DNA of 64,000 nucleotides, taken from Elsinoe ampelina (Eukaryota). The notes below the pieces were generated by a model. That model was given only the letters and a program-made list of their open reading frames with translations. It was not told where the DNA came from and made no database searches. Made by a program: the position numbers and the translations under genes. Positions within the stretch are counted from its first letter, which is position 1. Every line of letters starts with the position of its first letter. Location: NCBI GenBank assembly GCA_010093995.1, contig ML992503.1:1231234-1295233 (forward strand), written 5' to 3'. Positions 35,840 to 47,357 of this stretch are shown piece after piece.

Positions 35840-36749
35840 CTCGAGTATTGCTAGATTGAACGAGGCTTGGTTGAAGTGTACGGCACCCCAACGAGATCAA
35901 ACAAGACTTTAAGTAGAAAGCTTGTCCCTTACCTGTCTCTCGGCGTCCTGCCGAAATTGGTCAATGTGATGAGCATGCTATGGCCGAAGAGCCGGAATCG
36001 ACAGGCATTGTCACAACACCCATGGGCAGCGAGCAACGCATGACACAAATGAGGCCGAGCACGGCCGAGGTGAAACACTCCTTGGAGGTCCTGTGAGGGT
36101 GAAAAGGCGGGACGAACAATTTAACATTCGGAGCGCTGGGTCCGCATGGCTGAAGTGTTGGATCAATAGGCAAAATATCTGGACAGCTTGCGAACAGGTA
36201 AAAGAGTAGAAAGTTCAGTATGAAACCCGCATATGCGGCTCGGCCGGCTGCTGTAGCCGTCCCGTTTAGCCCAGAGTGCCAATTTCGTATGGTCCAAGGA
36301 CCGTGGACTGTTTTGGACGCTTCTGGACTTTAAGGGGTGTGGAGAGCATTTCCTGTCGTACCTGGCTGCATTTGTACAAGAGAAGTGTACGCCAGAGCAA
36401 GGTCGTCATTGTCGCGTAGCCACGGCCGGCGTCGGGCCTAACAGAAGTATACAGGCACGTGATGCGGCGGAACTCTCGGCGGCGGATCTGGCGGGATGTC
36501 AGCAATGGCCTGACCGACATCATCCTTATCGATTCGTCCTCATTCTCACATTCTGCACCTGATTGTACTCTTCTGGCACCTATCTGCAGTCGTCAACCAG
36601 TCCCCTGGGTCGCCATCACTGCAGTGTGACGAATCCGTTCCCGACGAGCATTTCTTCTTTCTCTCTGCCCCGCAATCAAGGGTCTCCTCAAACTTTCCTG
36701 GCTTCTGCTCATCTTTCTCCCATCCATCTCCATGAGTGTTGTCGAGACA

Positions 36750-37968
36750 ATGCAGAAGCCTGGTGCTCTGCCAGACCTGCAGAGTGAGAAGCAGCCATTG
36801 GAGAGTGGCACTCAGGTCACGTCGTCCACGCAATCGACTCGACCTGCGTCAGTCGCCTCAGCCGATTCGTTCAAATCGACATCCTCACACTTAGAGACGC
36901 AGGCCACTAGTATAGCTCCGTCGTCACCTCCTCGCTCACATGGACCAACACGCACACCATTGACCGGCCTCTGTGCCTCATCAAAAGCTCCTGGCTTCCC
37001 TTCACTTACAGCTCAACAAGAAGCTATGTATGCTCAAGTGCTAGCCACTGTATCCGGTTGGACCGCGATTCCCGAGTCGAGCGCAAGAGGGGCAAAGTCA
37101 GTAGCGCTGACAGAGAATGAGAAGATGTGGTTGACACGCGAATGTCTCTTACGATACTTACGAGCGACCAAGTGGAGCGTAGCGAATGCACTCAAGAGAC
37201 TACAGGGCACGTTGAGCTGGAGGAGAGAGTATGGCGCGGATACATTCACCGCAGACTACATATCACCGGAGAACGAGACCGGCAAGCAAGTCATTATGGG
37301 CTGGGACAATGATGCACGACCATGTCTGTATCTGAATCCAGGAAAGCAGAATACACAGATGAGCGACCGGCAGATCCACCACCTGAGCTACATGCTCGAT
37401 CGGACACTGGACATGCTTCCGCCAGGACAGGAGACGACATGCCTGCTGATCAACTTCAAGGGTGCGGCAAGCGGGAAGATCCCTACCGTAGGTCAAGCCA
37501 AGGCAGTGCTCAACATCTTGCAAAATCACAACCCGGAACGACTGGGCAAAGCGCTGATATCCGAGCGTGAGTATAGGCTCCGCACGCAATTCCATCTGAA
37601 GCTGACAAGTCCTAGTGCCATGGTATGTGTCGACGTTCTTCAAGCTGATCTCGCCATTCATCGACCCGGTCACACGAGAGAAGATGAAGTTCCAGCCTGC
37701 TCTCCGTGACTTCGTCCCTCCAGAGCAACTGTGGAACGAATTTACAGGAGATCTCGACTTTGAATACGACCACAAGACATACTGGCCAGCCATGAGCGAG
37801 GAATGTGAAAGGAGAAGAGCAGCATACAAGCAGAGATGGATTGCGGGCGGCAAGAAGATTGGAGAGTATGAGGAGTATCTGCGCGGCGGTCAGAGGAAGA
37901 GCCTCAGTCAGGAGCTGGCAGATGGAGAAGCAGCTCTGTCCAAGGAGACGGAGAAGCTGCGTGTATAG
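36750..37968 (+). CDS. Sec14/CRAL-TRIO lipid-transfer protein (Pdr16/Sfh3-like), 2 exons
   Basis: WLTRECLLRYLRATKW, ENETGKQ and LQNHNPERLG; intron 37567-37615; then PWYVSTFFKLISPFIDPVTREKMKF. Confidence 0.9.
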
Positions 37969-39124
37969 ATAGATGGGGGCTGTGTTGAGCATGGCCAGAT
38001 ATACCACACAAGATGTCTCTCAGGGACGCGAGGAGCGTATACATTTCTCAGTAGACTACAGCATGCAGAGCTGTTGTATAGATTCAGTTGGTCAGACATG
38101 ATGCGGTTTAGGCGATTGCTTTTAGCTTTTTGGTCGAGTATGTGCTTCCCCAGCCATTCTGTTGACATGTGATGGGAATTTCGATGTCATTGGTCGATTG
38201 GACCATGGATATCTCATGCAAGCCGATTACGAAGATGGCTATTCGAGCAATTACATGAACCCTTATCGCGATCCTTGCCATACCAAGCGGGACGAATCCA
38301 CCACGGCTGGTCATGTGTAGAAAAAATGCAGCGTGCCGCGACTCAAGCAAATCGAGAAAAGGCTTCGATCGTCACTCCCCATGCTTCGTCATGCTTGACA
38401 CGTCCAGCCCGCCTCCTCTGCCGGCCGCTGGATCTACCACCGACACTCTCTCGACGACGAGTGCAACGACGACGAGCATTATCGGACTCGTTCAAATAGG
38501 TAAGATACTTTTTGCCTGCATGTCAGACGCAAAACAAGGCTGGAGATCAAACGGCGCATCCCTGGTTCTTCGGTACAGCCTTTTCTTCTGGTCCCGCTCT
38601 TTGAGGTCTCCCTCTCCAAAACGAGCCGAATCTTGGTCTCCTTGGCGTTCGCCGGCGTCCCGCTTCCACTCTTGACTCGTTCACTTTTCGCCGTGCAGAT
38701 CCACCGCCGCATCATACTCGATCTCCAATGTCTCTCGCCATTTCCTTGCTTATCGTCTTGCCTTTTCCTCTTTTCCCTATACCGACTACCTCACCGAGAA
38801 GACGACAGCTCCATTCACCCTTTTCACAGTCGCACAGCACCTAGATCTCGTTGAGATAGGGCAGACCATCTTTTGTTGTCACCCACCACTTCCACCCGTT
38901 GGTTCAGAGATTGGACGCCTCGGAGTCTCGTTCACCACCCGAGTTTTCAAGCAAGATCCTATACAAGAAAAGGGAGGCCGAGCGTCTGGGCGGCACCCAA
39001 GTGCATGAAGGACAAACAACCAATTGAGGACTTTCACAAAAGTCCGAGGAACGAGCCTCTTGTTCGGCGTTGAATAAGAGCGAGATAGTACTCTCAGAGC
39101 AGCGGATAATCGTAATTTACAATC

Positions 39125-42100
39125 ATGGCTTGGGAGCAACTCAGCATCAACCGGCCGCATCTGGTCTACATTATCCTCGGAGGTTTCACCAGTCTGTTCA
39201 TGTTATGTTCTTCGGTCATTAAAGAGCGTCTCTACATCGGTGAAGCAACAGTCGCTACGATATGCGGTATTATCTTCGGGCCTCACGCTGCGAATCTGAT
39301 AGACCCTCGAACATGGGGCAACGTCGACCAGATCACCCTGGAATTCTCTCGCATTGTTCTGGTGGTCCAATGTTTCGCCGTTGGGGTCGAATTGCCAAAA
39401 GCATACATGGAACGGCACTGGAAGTCGGTGGTACTCCTTCTGATCCCGGTCATGACTTTCGGTTGGCTCATCACCAGTCTCTTCATCTACTGGCTCATCC
39501 CAAGTCTCAATTGGCTTGACAGCTTGGTCGTCGCCGCGTGCGTGACAGCCACCGATCCCGTCCTGGCATCCTCCGTCGTCGGAAAAGGCAAGTTCGCCAA
39601 GCGGGTCCCGAAACATATCCGTGATCTACTATCATGCGAGTCCGGATGCAACGACGGTATGGCATTTCCATTCGTGTATCTCGGCTTATACCTCATCAAG
39701 TATCGACCGAACGCTGGCGAGGTCATTTACCACTGGGTCTGCTTCACTATTCTTTACGAATGTATATTTGGCGCTTTTTATGGCTTCGTCATCGGATACA
39801 TAGCGCGGCGAGCAATCCGTTATGCCCATGAGAAGAACCTCATCGACAGAGAATCCTTCTTGGTTTTCTACTTTGTTCTGGCTCTCTTCTGTGCCGGTTC
39901 CGGATCTATGCTCGGTCTTGACGACTTGTTGGTCGGGTTCGCCTGCGGTGTCGGTTTCTCCAACGATGGGTGGTTCACTGAAAAGACCGAAGAGTCTCAT
40001 GTTTCCAACGTCATCGATCTGCTCATCAACTTGGCCTTCTTCGTCTACTTTGGAACCATCATTCCATGGGAACAATTCAACGCCGAACAGATTCTCGGTC
40101 TCACCGCTTGGCGACTTGTTGTTGTCGCCATTCTCGTCCTGCTCTTCAGACGTATACCGATCATGTTGGTACTGAAGCCTATAATACCAGACATGAAAAC
40201 CTGGCGTGAGGCTTTCTTCTCAGGTCACTTTGGTCCCATCGGTGTGGGAGCTATCTTCATTGCCATCCTTGCCCGTGCTGAGCTTGAGACCGACACTACG
40301 ACGCCCCTGACCGAATTGCCACCGGAAGGATTCCCCCATCTCAATATCATCGAGCTCATCTGGCCTGTGACTTGCTTCTTGGTCATCTGTTCCATCGTAG
40401 TACATGGGTCATCCATCGCCGTCTTCACCCTGGGTAAGCACATCAACACTCTGACGTTGACCATGTCATACACTCAGGCCAACGACTCTTCCTGGATGGA
40501 GCGTCTTCCACGCATACAGACTCGCAGCAAGTCAAGCATGTCTCTCAACAGAGGCGATCAATATTCGTCATCATTCAATGAGAAGCTCGAAGCACCGGCC
40601 GGAGTCGTGCCCAAAAATTTTCTCCGTAGGCAGAGGGAAGAAGATGGCGCCAATGGTCGTAGAAGGAAAGATCAAGGCTATGGCGGTCCGATCAGCCAAT
40701 CTGCTATTGCGCCGATGCGATCACCTGGTACAGACGAGAAGGAGATTGGCCTGGGCAGGAGCGATAGCGACACCCTTGCCATGCGCGAAGGGAGCCCCGA
40801 TACCAAAGTTGATAGCAGCAGCAGCCGATCGGACGAGCGGAGACCTGGCGAGGAGATCTACGAAGAAGGTAACCAGACCGTGTATGAGGACAAGGACGGA
40901 AATGTGCTCGAGGTTGAAAATGAAGATCCAAAGCTATCCGAGCGGAAGAGACAAGAGCACGAGGGTGCCGAGGCAGATCGGCTGCACGAAATGGAAAGTC
41001 ATGGCCAGCACGTTGGCGATGCACCGAAGACGACCCCGGCGGCCTCCGAGCCAAAGTCAGATGTGCACGGCTGGAAGAAGTTCAGCAAGGGCATGCATGA
41101 TTTCAGGCAAAGAGGCAAGAGCGTCAGCGAGACCCCGCCTGAGAAGAGAGGTCCGGCTCGAGCTTATCAATATGGCAACACGATCATTGTCGAAGACGAG
41201 GACGGTGAGGTCATCAAGAAATATGACATCAACCCTCCAGCAGCCAAGAAGGGTGAGGGCTCAACGACCTCGGCCAATCCACACAGGACGAGGCAAAGGA
41301 TGGAGCGCATGGGATCCTATCTCGGTGTAAGGCCCAAAGACGTGGAGCAAGCCGGGACAGAAGCCGACGACGGCAGCGAAGCGAAGAAAGGCAAGGGCAG
41401 CTTGGACGACGATGATCGCATCCGCTTCACTGTCGAAGCTGGAGGGAGAAGGCTTAGCAAAGCAGAATTCATCCAGCAGATCCAGCAACTGGACCCCAAG
41501 GCACGCGCTCGCTTCGTCGAGAACAGCAATGTACCCGAGACGGTCAAGGAGGAGGCGAGAGCAGATGCTCGCGACCACGATAAGGCCAAGGATGCAAGGA
41601 AACCTTCCATCACAGTTCAAGCGCCTAGCCCGCAGCAACAGCCAAGTGGTTCGGAAGAGCCTGGTCGAGCACAGGTGACGCGAACGGCAACTGCCAGCAG
41701 CACCGCAAAGGGACCAGAAAATCTCACATTCACTGACGAGAACGATCAAGACATTCCTTTCCACGATGTCAGCGGCGATCTTGCCAAGTACAAGTTTGGT
41801 GGTGGAAGCAGTTCGGGAGAGACAGCAGCTCAACGACGACGCAGAGAAGCTGCCGAGAGAGCCGCGCTTCAAGAGCAAGACGACGACAGTGAGGACGATG
41901 GGACAGAAAGAGTCCCGCCTCGGATTGTACCTTTGAAGGAAAAGGGAAGACAGGCGAGTGACAACGAGGAGGAGACAGCCGCGGAACGCAGGCGTCGAGA
42001 AGGTGCTCTTGGCATCAGGAGAGGTGATGAAGGCAGCGACAGTGAAGACGACGCCGAGGCTGCAAAGGGCATCAAAGTCGCCGGCGACGCAACTCCTCCA

Positions 42101-42268
42101 AGAGGCAGGAAAGAAGCCCCTCTAGAGCCCCACCAGGAGGAGAGCGAAGAAGACGAAGAGCCTCAGAAGCCCACTGGCATCCGCTTTGCAGAAGTCAAGA
42201 GTCCAACACGCGAGGAGGGAAGCAGCAACGGCAAGAGGAGGCCGCAACGACGATTCGGCGGCAAGTAG
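39125..42268 (+). CDS. NHA1: Plasma-membrane alkali cation/H+ antiporter (Nha1/Sod2 family) with long hydrophilic C-tail
   Basis: IKERLYIGEA, FAVGVELP, TATDPVLASSVVGKGKF, ESGCNDGMAFPF, FRRIP and GHFGPIGVGAIF; about 12 TM segments. Confidence 0.93.
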   Translation: MAWEQLSINRPHLVYIILGGFTSLFMLCSSVIKERLYIGEATVATICGIIFGPHAANLIDPRTWGNVDQITLEFSRIVLVVQCFAVGVELPKAYMERHWKSVVLLLIPVMTFGWLITSLFIYWLIPSLNWLDSLVVAACVTATDPVLASSVVGKGKFAKRVPKHIRDLLSCESGCNDGMAFPFVYLGLYLIKYRPNAGEVIYHWVCFTILYECIFGAFYGFVIGYIARRAIRYAHEKNLIDRESFLVFYFVLALFCAGSGSMLGLDDLLVGFACGVGFSNDGWFTEKTEESHVSNVIDLLINLAFFVYFGTIIPWEQFNAEQILGLTAWRLVVVAILVLLFRRIPIMLVLKPIIPDMKTWREAFFSGHFGPIGVGAIFIAILARAELETDTTTPLTELPPEGFPHLNIIELIWPVTCFLVICSIVVHGSSIAVFTLGKHINTLTLTMSYTQANDSSWMERLPRIQTRSKSSMSLNRGDQYSSSFNEKLEAPAGVVPKNFLRRQREEDGANGRRRKDQGYGGPISQSAIAPMRSPGTDEKEIGLGRSDSDTLAMREGSPDTKVDSSSSRSDERRPGEEIYEEGNQTVYEDKDGNVLEVENEDPKLSERKRQEHEGAEADRLHEMESHGQHVGDAPKTTPAASEPKSDVHGWKKFSKGMHDFRQRGKSVSETPPEKRGPARAYQYGNTIIVEDEDGEVIKKYDINPPAAKKGEGSTTSANPHRTRQRMERMGSYLGVRPKDVEQAGTEADDGSEAKKGKGSLDDDDRIRFTVEAGGRRLSKAEFIQQIQQLDPKARARFVENSNVPETVKEEARADARDHDKAKDARKPSITVQAPSPQQQPSGSEEPGRAQVTRTATASSTAKGPENLTFTDENDQDIPFHDVSGDLAKYKFGGGSSSGETAAQRRRREAAERAALQEQDDDSEDDGTERVPPRIVPLKEKGRQASDNEEETAAERRRREGALGIRRGDEGSDSEDDAEAAKGIKVAGDATPPRGRKEAPLEPHQEESEEDEEPQKPTGIRFAEVKSPTREEGSSNGKRRPQRRFGGK

Positions 42269-43433
42269 GCATCAGTCACATGGATGGGTCGAGACCGACT
42301 GGCGACAAGGATGTTTCGGACTTCAGTCTCGGAGACGGTCGGCCAGGTGTGAGTGGGACCCGTGCAGCATGACAGCAACGTGGATGAAGGACATGGTGGG
42401 TCGTCGTCGTCTTGCAGCAGAAGCGAAGCGTTTGTTCAATTTTAGGTTTCACATTGTGCATATTGACACAACCAGTAGTACATAGAGGTCGCAGCGTGCG
42501 CGTATGGCCCGCCAGCATACAGATGACGCCGTCACGAGTAGAATGCATTCTTTTTTGGTTCGGTCAATATGGAGATCTACATCTGCTTAAGATCCAAGAT
42601 CTGTGGTGGCGGCGTGAACGGGTTCGAGCGGCGCCGCGTGGTTCCAATTGACATAGGCCGGCCCTTTCAACTGTGTGAGAGGCCAGACCGCCATTGAGGG
42701 ACGTGTCGGATCTGCAGGGCCTGTAGGAGAAGATGGTGAAACTGGGATGATCTGACAAGGGAGTGCACCCTTGCTGCAGGTCGGGCGCTTCAGTGGTGTA
42801 TCATGTGGGGAACTGTACTGCTGACAACGTTCGGAAGTTGTTGATGAAGTCGTAGAGTTCTGGTGTTTTCGTATGGTATGCCATCACGTCAGGCTATTGG
42901 GAGATTGCAACGCCAGAACCAGGCTGAACCATCTGTGCCCTCTCAGCTATCTCGTGACGGCGCAGGCAAATAAAATGAGGATGTGGTCGTCAGGAAATAA
43001 AGATGCGCGGGCCTGTCGACGGGGACCAATCAGACACGATCCGACGGTCTTTAGCGCGTTTCATCTTCTCGGGCGCGCAGGGACCTTTCCGCCTTTTAGC
43101 ACGTCCGCGAGGTCGCTACCACGACAATCCTCATCCTCTCTTTCCTCTCGCAGGCCTCTGAGCACCGATTGGGCAGGTTCCCGTCCGACATTCTTTTGTC
43201 CATCGACGCTGATCAAAGCATCGACTGCTGATTCGAGTTTCCCCTTCCTTCGCCAACCGCAATCCGCGCCGGACCATCCGAACACGCCAGAGGTAGAGAG
43301 AACAAGGTTACAGCACAAGGGCAGGGCCGCACACTCCTTTCCTCGCACAACACAACCTACCTTGACCCTCTGACACGTCCTTTGTATCTCTCTGCCATCC
43401 CCTCGCTCCGTTCTTTTTCACGTTTCGCATTTC

Positions 43434-43460
43434 CCGCCGCCGCCGCCGCAGCAGCAGCAG
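43434..43460. repeat. Compound microsatellite (CCG)5(CAG)4
   Basis: Read directly; lies in the presumed 5' leader of the 43887 gene. Confidence 0.8.
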
Positions 43461-43886
43461 CTATACGCAGCAACAGGTCTGCCTCACCTGTCCCGAAAAT
43501 AATTCTACGGCGTCGACGCTCGAGTTGATCTCTCTCCCTCTTTTGTTGGCAAGGACCGGCGCCTGCCTCGTTCAGCAAAACTTCTCGATCGAACAGCGAC
43601 CAGCATCAGCGACAGCAAAAGCTGGTTTCGAATCTTTTCCTCAACACAGCTTTGACGACATCAGTCCTTTGTTCGACATCTCTTTGAACGGCCTCTAATA
43701 ATAACATCCGCACCGTTGTCCCGCTCCGCACATCAATCGTCGTCCCAAGATCTAATCACCTCTCTGGGTTCAACGGCCAACCAACTTTGCGAAAAAGCCT
43801 GAAGTCATTGTCGGGAAAAGCAACTGAAAGAGCACGATTGAATATTGCAATCTCCACAACTTTTACAAGATACCTACACTTTCACC

Positions 43887-44633
43887 ATGTTATCAAAGAC
43901 GATACTACTATCAACCCTCTTACCCTCTGCCCTGGCTGTCTCTCTCGCAGATTTCGCCCCTCGCGCATCGAATCTGCCGTCAGCATGCCAGTCGATATAC
44001 ACCTCGAGCATATCAATGTGCCAGCCGTCGGACTTTGAGAAGCAAAAGTGCAGCAAAGACTGCGTCAACGCACTCAATGCCCTCCGTGCATCAGTCTCGA
44101 AGGCATGCAAGGGCGTGTCAGGTCACAACATCCTGGCCGCTTTGATGGCCGGCCGAGGTACACAAGATCTGTGTCCCAACGCAGGTGATTACGATGATGA
44201 CGACGAGGACAAGCCTACCACAACTCAAGCATCGCCCCCTCAGACGAGTACAACTCAAGCACCGCCGCCGCCATCGTCGACCTCGACTAGCACTACCCAA
44301 GCACCACCGCCAAGCACAACTCAGTCTAGCTCGGAAGACAGCAGCTCAAGTCAACGAACTACTGTGGTCTTCACCAACACAGTTGTACCTCAGCCTAGCG
44401 ACACCGCTGTACCGACTAGCATCGAGTTCGACACTGCCACGCCATCAGACGTCGCAGCTACAGCGTCAAGAACATCCAGCAGGGCCGCTGCCGCTACGCA
44501 GAACAGTGGTGGCAGCCCATTCGGCGGTGTGGAGCCCGGTATGGAAGCTCTACAAGGCGAAGCAGGCCGAGGTACACCCGAGATGCTCGCCCTCGCTGTG
44601 GCAGTCGTCGGCGCTGTGGTGCTGAGGTTATGA
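43887..44633 (+). CDS. Secreted/GPI-anchored cell-surface protein with a 6-Cys N-terminal domain
   Basis: Signal peptide MLSKTILLSTLLPSALA, Cys-rich domain (C..IY...I..C...DF....CS..C), S/T/P-rich stalk, GGSPF and a hydrophobic C-terminus. Confidence 0.8.
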   Translation: MLSKTILLSTLLPSALAVSLADFAPRASNLPSACQSIYTSSISMCQPSDFEKQKCSKDCVNALNALRASVSKACKGVSGHNILAALMAGRGTQDLCPNAGDYDDDDEDKPTTTQASPPQTSTTQAPPPPSSTSTSTTQAPPPSTTQSSSEDSSSSQRTTVVFTNTVVPQPSDTAVPTSIEFDTATPSDVAATASRTSSRAAAATQNSGGSPFGGVEPGMEALQGEAGRGTPEMLALAVAVVGAVVLRL

Positions 44634-45120
44634 GACATATGGGAGGAAGGACAGGGGAACGATGGGAGGACAATCAAAGAAGTCGGAGGAGGAAGGGCGG
44701 GGTCAGGGAGGAACCGAAACCAAGTAGAGGAGGTAATCACTCGGCCTCAAGGTCGTTGCCGAGCACGGCCAGAAGGCGCCGTTGCTGGAGGGGGTGTCAT
44801 TTCTCTTTTTTCGTGTCCAGTCATAGATGACGGACTCTTATACCCATTGCGAGGAGGCTGGATGTCATAGCGAGAAGCGTGAGGGAGGTTGGAATGGAAC
44901 GTCATGATCAAGTTTGTGCCTTCAACGTTATTCGTGTGTGCTCTGCTGGTCATCGATTGCACTGTACTCATGTTCTGGTGTGACCCAACCGCGACTTCTC
45001 CGCTTCCATCAAGGGAATTTGCTACCTGCCAGCTCATCAACTTTCTGCATAATGACCGACCCACAAGTGATGTGGCCACCAAGTGCGGACGAGATTTTTG
45101 ACTTCCAATCCCATGGCTAA

Positions 45121-46611
45121 ATGGCGGTCTCATCACGGCTTCGCGTCTCTGCCACACTGGATTGCCCTTCTCGACGCCTACTGAGCTGCCATGCCAGGCC
45201 ACGACTTTATCATCGGAGCAGCTCCACCAGCCATAGTACGAGACATCGGGAAGAAGACCGCTTCCCCAACTTTGCCACGGGCGACTACTACCCCGTCCAC
45301 CCAGGCACGCTCTACGACAACCGCTACAAAGTCGTAGCAAAACTCGGTTTCGGCACCACCAGCACTGTCTGGCTAGCACAAGACCTTAAGCGGTACCACT
45401 TCCCATGTCCACCACCGCGGCCAACCCCTGACCAATCCCAGACGCCTCGATCCCCTTCACTGGCTACGACCCAAGTACACCGTCCTCAAGTTCCTCACCG
45501 CATCTGCTTCCTCGAACGCCACAGTGGTAGGAGAGGTAGCCTCTTCCAACCAGCTCTCCACGGGGAACCCGTCTCACCTCGGGAAGCAGTACCTCCGTCT
45601 CCCTTTGCGGACTTTCGATCTCTGGTGGAGCGGGAGGAAGTACCCCTGCCTCGTCCAAGAGCCCATGCGTGAGAGCCTGGGGAGTTTCCGACGACATTTC
45701 CCGGATCGCTGTGTACCTCGTCAACTAATACGGCCGGTCTTGGAGATTCTTCTCCAGGGACTGGATTACATGCATAGATGCTGCGGCTTGATTCACACAG
45801 GTACTTCCCTTTGCTGCATTGGCTGCCGAGGCAAGATTGACATGTGTAGATTTGCATCCGGCGAATATCCTTGTTGGCATAGAAGATCCAGCGATCATCG
45901 AAGAGCTGCTTCAGAGGGTGTCGTCGATATATGCCGGGAAATCATCCGACGAGCATCCGGTGTATCCTTCTTACACATTCGGTGCTCTGAGAGGTCCCCC
46001 GTCTCATCCTAAGATTGCGGACTTTGGCTTGGCGGTGGATGCGAGGAAGAAGCATACGCATGCTATCCAGCCGGATCGATTGAGGGCGCCCGAGGTGACG
46101 TTGGGGACGGAGTGGGATGCTAAGGTTGATGTGTGGAGTCTGGGGGTGATGGTAGGGATTACTAACGGTAGCTTGTACAGTGATCTAATGTGTTTGCAGA
46201 TGTGGGATCTGCTCGAGGGTCATCCACTGTTTGAGGCGCGAGAAGATGAGACTGGGGAGTACTCGGCTTTGCTGCATTTGCGGGAGATGCATGCCTTGCT
46301 GGGGCCGCCACCGCGGAGTTTGCTGAGGAGAAGTCCCTACGCTGAAGTTTTGTACGACGATAAAGGTTTATGCCGTTCATACCCTTGCTCCTCCGGTGAA
46401 CATGATACTGACTAAATCAGGTCTGCTGCGAGATGCACCTTTGCCGGTCGAAGAGAAGGATCTTGCCAACACAGTTACCAAGTTGGATGGCGAAGACAAA
46501 GTTGAGTTTTTACGCATCATGAGGAAGATGCTGCAGTGGGATCCCGATGATCGTCCTTCTGCCGCTGAGCTTTTGGAAGATCCCTGGATGAAATCATTGA
46601 GGGCGTCTTGA
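45121..46611 (+). CDS. SRPK-like (CMGC) Ser/Thr protein kinase, 5 exons
   Basis: Introns 45393-45441, 45801-45849, 46152-46199 and 46366-46420. Motifs YYPVHPG, KLGFGTTSTVWLAQD, VLK, HTDLHPAN, IADFG, RAPEV, DVWSLG and RPSAAELLEDPW. Confidence 0.9.
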
Positions 46612-46860
46612 TAGATGTACTTCCAACAGTGCTTGATGTTAACGTGGACCCTACGCTCTTCGCTCTTCTATAGTAAGTATCGTTCATATGTTTCATATCA
46701 TGTCCGAACATGAATTTGGGCTACTGCCACACACCCATATGACGCCAAAAATCAAGGTCACGTGCCCCCTGCCTCTCCCCTTCCCAACAAGTGCGACCAA
46801 AACAACCACCCCAAGAGCAAAAAGACCGCTCCCCTTTTTACTCACCTTCTTTTTCGACTT

Positions 46861-47018
46861 GGCCATTTTACCAGGGCTTCGTCCTCAATCTACCGCATCG
46901 CACATTAACTTTGTGGTGGTCGGATAGAGAGAGTCGAGGTTTGAACCCGAGGTCTTCGCACTGGGTCAGTGCTACGCCGAAGTTAGGAGCAGTCATAACT
47001 CGGCCACAAGTGCTTTTT
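46861..47018. ncRNA. Candidate structured non-coding RNA (unassigned)
   Basis: Five closely packed hairpins in an intergenic gap, followed by a T5 run; no family recognised (see findings). Confidence 0.35.
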
Positions 47019-47357
47019 CAGGGCAAGTGTGACTTGGTTTCACAGCTGAACTGACTGAGCCACGCTTCGAAGTCGGCGGATGTTCGCTGGGGGAGGGGGC
47101 GGGTGGGAAATAATATATAGGCATGGCTTTTGTGTAGGGGAGTTGGTGGCATGCGAACGCTGGCAAGGTGGAGTGCGTGCATTGATTGCGTTTGAGGTGA
47201 GGGTTTGGTGTGGTATATGGATAGATTTCTCATCTTGGACTTTGCACACCATTGCACCTCAACAACATCACAAAATCATCCAATCTCCCTCAAACATCTC
47301 GAGAGGGATCGCACTATATCTACAGACCCACTGTATCAGTCAGCAGGTCGTCCCAAC

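Noticed and set aside
45850..45870. Kinase catalytic loop HTDLHPAN read as a pseudokinase
   Set aside because: The catalytic Asp/Asn, the VLK lysine, DFG and APE are intact; a Lys-to-His change alone does not show inactivity.
46930..47012. Canonical tRNA gene on the minus strand (A-box-like TGGCCGAGT, B-box-like GGTTCAAAC)
   Set aside because: No acceptor-stem pairing and no proper anticodon loop; kept only as an unassigned structured RNA candidate.
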